Of a stretch of DNA of 17,366 bases, positions 15,977 through 17,366 are shown piece after piece. Below the pieces are notes generated by a model. The model was not told the origin of the DNA and made no database searches. It was given only the letters and a program-made list of their open reading frames with translations. Made by a program: the position numbers and the translations under genes. Numbering within the stretch: the first letter of the stretch is position 1; each line of letters begins with the position of its first letter. Origin of the DNA: Campylobacterota bacterium (lineage in GTDB: Bacteria; Campylobacterota; Campylobacteria; Campylobacterales; Sulfurovaceae); assembly GCA_034722955.1 (NCBI GenBank), contig JAYEOM010000018.1, positions 1-17,366 of the forward strand, written 5' to 3'.

Positions 15977-17366
15977 GGTAACTACATTTTATATATGTGA
16001 AAGCTATACAGCAGAGCTTAAAGCAGTCACAAAGAGATATGATAATGTTGTTATAGAGCCATATAGAGCCAAGTGTAAATATCATAATATTGATGATCCT
16101 TTTGAGAAGCTTAAGCCCCAAAAAGATGCTTTTATACTTGGGGGATGCACAATTGAGCCAGATAACATAGTCGGCTCTACAGCATTTCACAAAGAGGAGA
16201 ACTGCTTTTATATGTTTGCACCCAAAACACTGGTGCAGAGCTATATGGAAAATGGTGCTTATATCATTACTCCCGGCTGGCTAAGTCACTGGAGGAGATA
16301 TGTTACAGAGTTATGGGGATTTGAGAGAGATAATGCTCAAATATTTTTTAAAGAATTTTGTAAAAAGTTGGTTTTACTAAATACTCAGGTCAATAACAAA
16401 TCAAACGAACAGTTAAGAGAGTTTGCAAAATTTGTTGATAGACCATATGAAATAGTCCCTATAGGATTGGAGTTTTTTCAATTATATGTTGACAGCATTA
16501 TCAATCAGGAGAAACTAAAAAATTCCAACAGAGAGATCAAATCAAGACTTGATGAATCACTGCGAGATACAGCAAACTATGCAATGGCATTTGACCTTCT
16601 CAGCATAATCAATAAAAAAGTAGATGAGAAAGAGATTACAGATAGTATAAAAGAGATATTTACTATGCTGTTTGCATCAGAAAACATCACCTATATGGCG
16701 ATAAAAGATTCTAAAATAATCGAAAATCTCTCAAGCAGTATTGATAGTGAGACATCTGCCTATCTTTTTAATATAGAAGATAGCTACAGACTATATGATG
16801 ATGGCTTTGCTGTTAAACTGATATATGACAATCAGACAGTTGGTATTGTCAGTGTAGAGAATATTGCTTTTGTTCAGTATATCTATCAATATCTTAATCT
16901 AGCGATATCTATCAGCAGTGTGTGTGCTTTGGCTATTGAAAATGCAAGAAGCAAACTAAAAACCAAAGAGATTGAGGCACAACTTATACAACATGCCAAA
17001 TTAGTTGAGATGGGTGAGATGATGGGTTCTATCGCCCATCAATGGAGACAACCTCTAAATGAGTTGAACATAAACATAGAGATGCTTGAAGAGTATTATA
17101 ACCTAGAAGAGATAGATGAAAATTTTATCGATGCATTTATAGAAAAAAATATAAAAATCATATATTTCTTATCTAAGACCATTACAGATTTTAGTAACTT
17201 TTTTAGAATTAATAAACAAAAAGTTCATTTTAGTATAAAAGAGAGTATAGAAAACACACTAGATATCATACAGATGCAGCTCAACAAACACAACATCATA
17301 TTTGAAATGAGTGGCGAAGATAGTAAAGTGTTTGGTTTGCCTAGTGAATTTCAACAAGTGATTTTA
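15954..17366 (+). CDS. Cytoplasmic sensor histidine kinase with a DUF1638-like N-domain and a GAF-like domain, 3'-partial; not in the ORF track
   Basis: Open frame of 471 codons from ATG 15954 to the window end. N-domain: FYICE, LGGC, ENCFYMF, GAYIITPGWL..W (DUF1638-like). GAF-like end: VGIVSV...ALAIENAR. H-box EMGEMMGSIAHQWRQPLN (His362), TITDFSNFF, and the start of the N-box (EFQQVIL). No transmembrane segment seen. Confidence 0.88.
   Translation, partial: MENIRSNRVTTFYICESYTAELKAVTKRYDNVVIEPYRAKCKYHNIDDPFEKLKPQKDAFILGGCTIEPDNIVGSTAFHKEENCFYMFAPKTLVQSYMENGAYIITPGWLSHWRRYVTELWGFERDNAQIFFKEFCKKLVLLNTQVNNKSNEQLREFAKFVDRPYEIVPIGLEFFQLYVDSIINQEKLKNSNREIKSRLDESLRDTANYAMAFDLLSIINKKVDEKEITDSIKEIFTMLFASENITYMAIKDSKIIENLSSSIDSETSAYLFNIEDSYRLYDDGFAVKLIYDNQTVGIVSVENIAFVQYIYQYLNLAISISSVCALAIENARSKLKTKEIEAQLIQHAKLVEMGEMMGSIAHQWRQPLNELNINIEMLEEYYNLEEIDENFIDAFIEKNIKIIYFLSKTITDFSNFFRINKQKVHFSIKESIENTLDIIQMQLNKHNIIFEMSGEDSKVFGLPSEFQQVIL

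Noticed and set aside
2171..16190. Short antisense or overlapping ORFs in the track (for example 2171-2374, 4683-5012, 6127-6492, 12878-13189, 15969-16190)
   Set aside because: They are shadows of well-supported genes and show no recognisable motifs.
1..17366. CRISPR array, tRNA/rRNA, transposase or integrase
   Set aside because: No regularly spaced repeats, RNA gene signatures or recombinase motifs were seen. The 4146/4366 repeat has only two copies.

Overview
AT-rich bacterial window whose genes and TGnTATAAT-type promoters suggest Campylobacterota, probably Sulfurovum/Sulfurimonas-like (inference, no search run). From left to right it holds: the 3' part of the BREX defence gene brxL, abutting an asparagine-synthase-like gene cut inside its SGGLDSS PP-loop (probable island boundary); two tandem secreted DUF1566 genes; a DUF819 membrane protein with a duplicated upstream palindrome; an SH3/NlpC-P60 peptidase; rsmD, a peptide/nickel ABC permease and an NYN protein; a broken vapBC-like pair; a frameshifted ClsC-like phospholipase D lipoprotein; a minus-strand run of MORN lipoprotein, RhlE-like helicase, AEC transporter and a hypothetical gene; and a 5'-truncated HIT remnant. 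The most interesting part is a coupled operon at the right end: a corrinoid-binding protein, an atypical MtaA/URO-D-fold protein, and a Cys-rich DUF1638-like/GAF/histidine kinase. The kinase is missing from the ORF track and runs off the window. The operon looks like a B12 methyl-transfer module reused as a sensory input. Family assignments come from motif recognition only.
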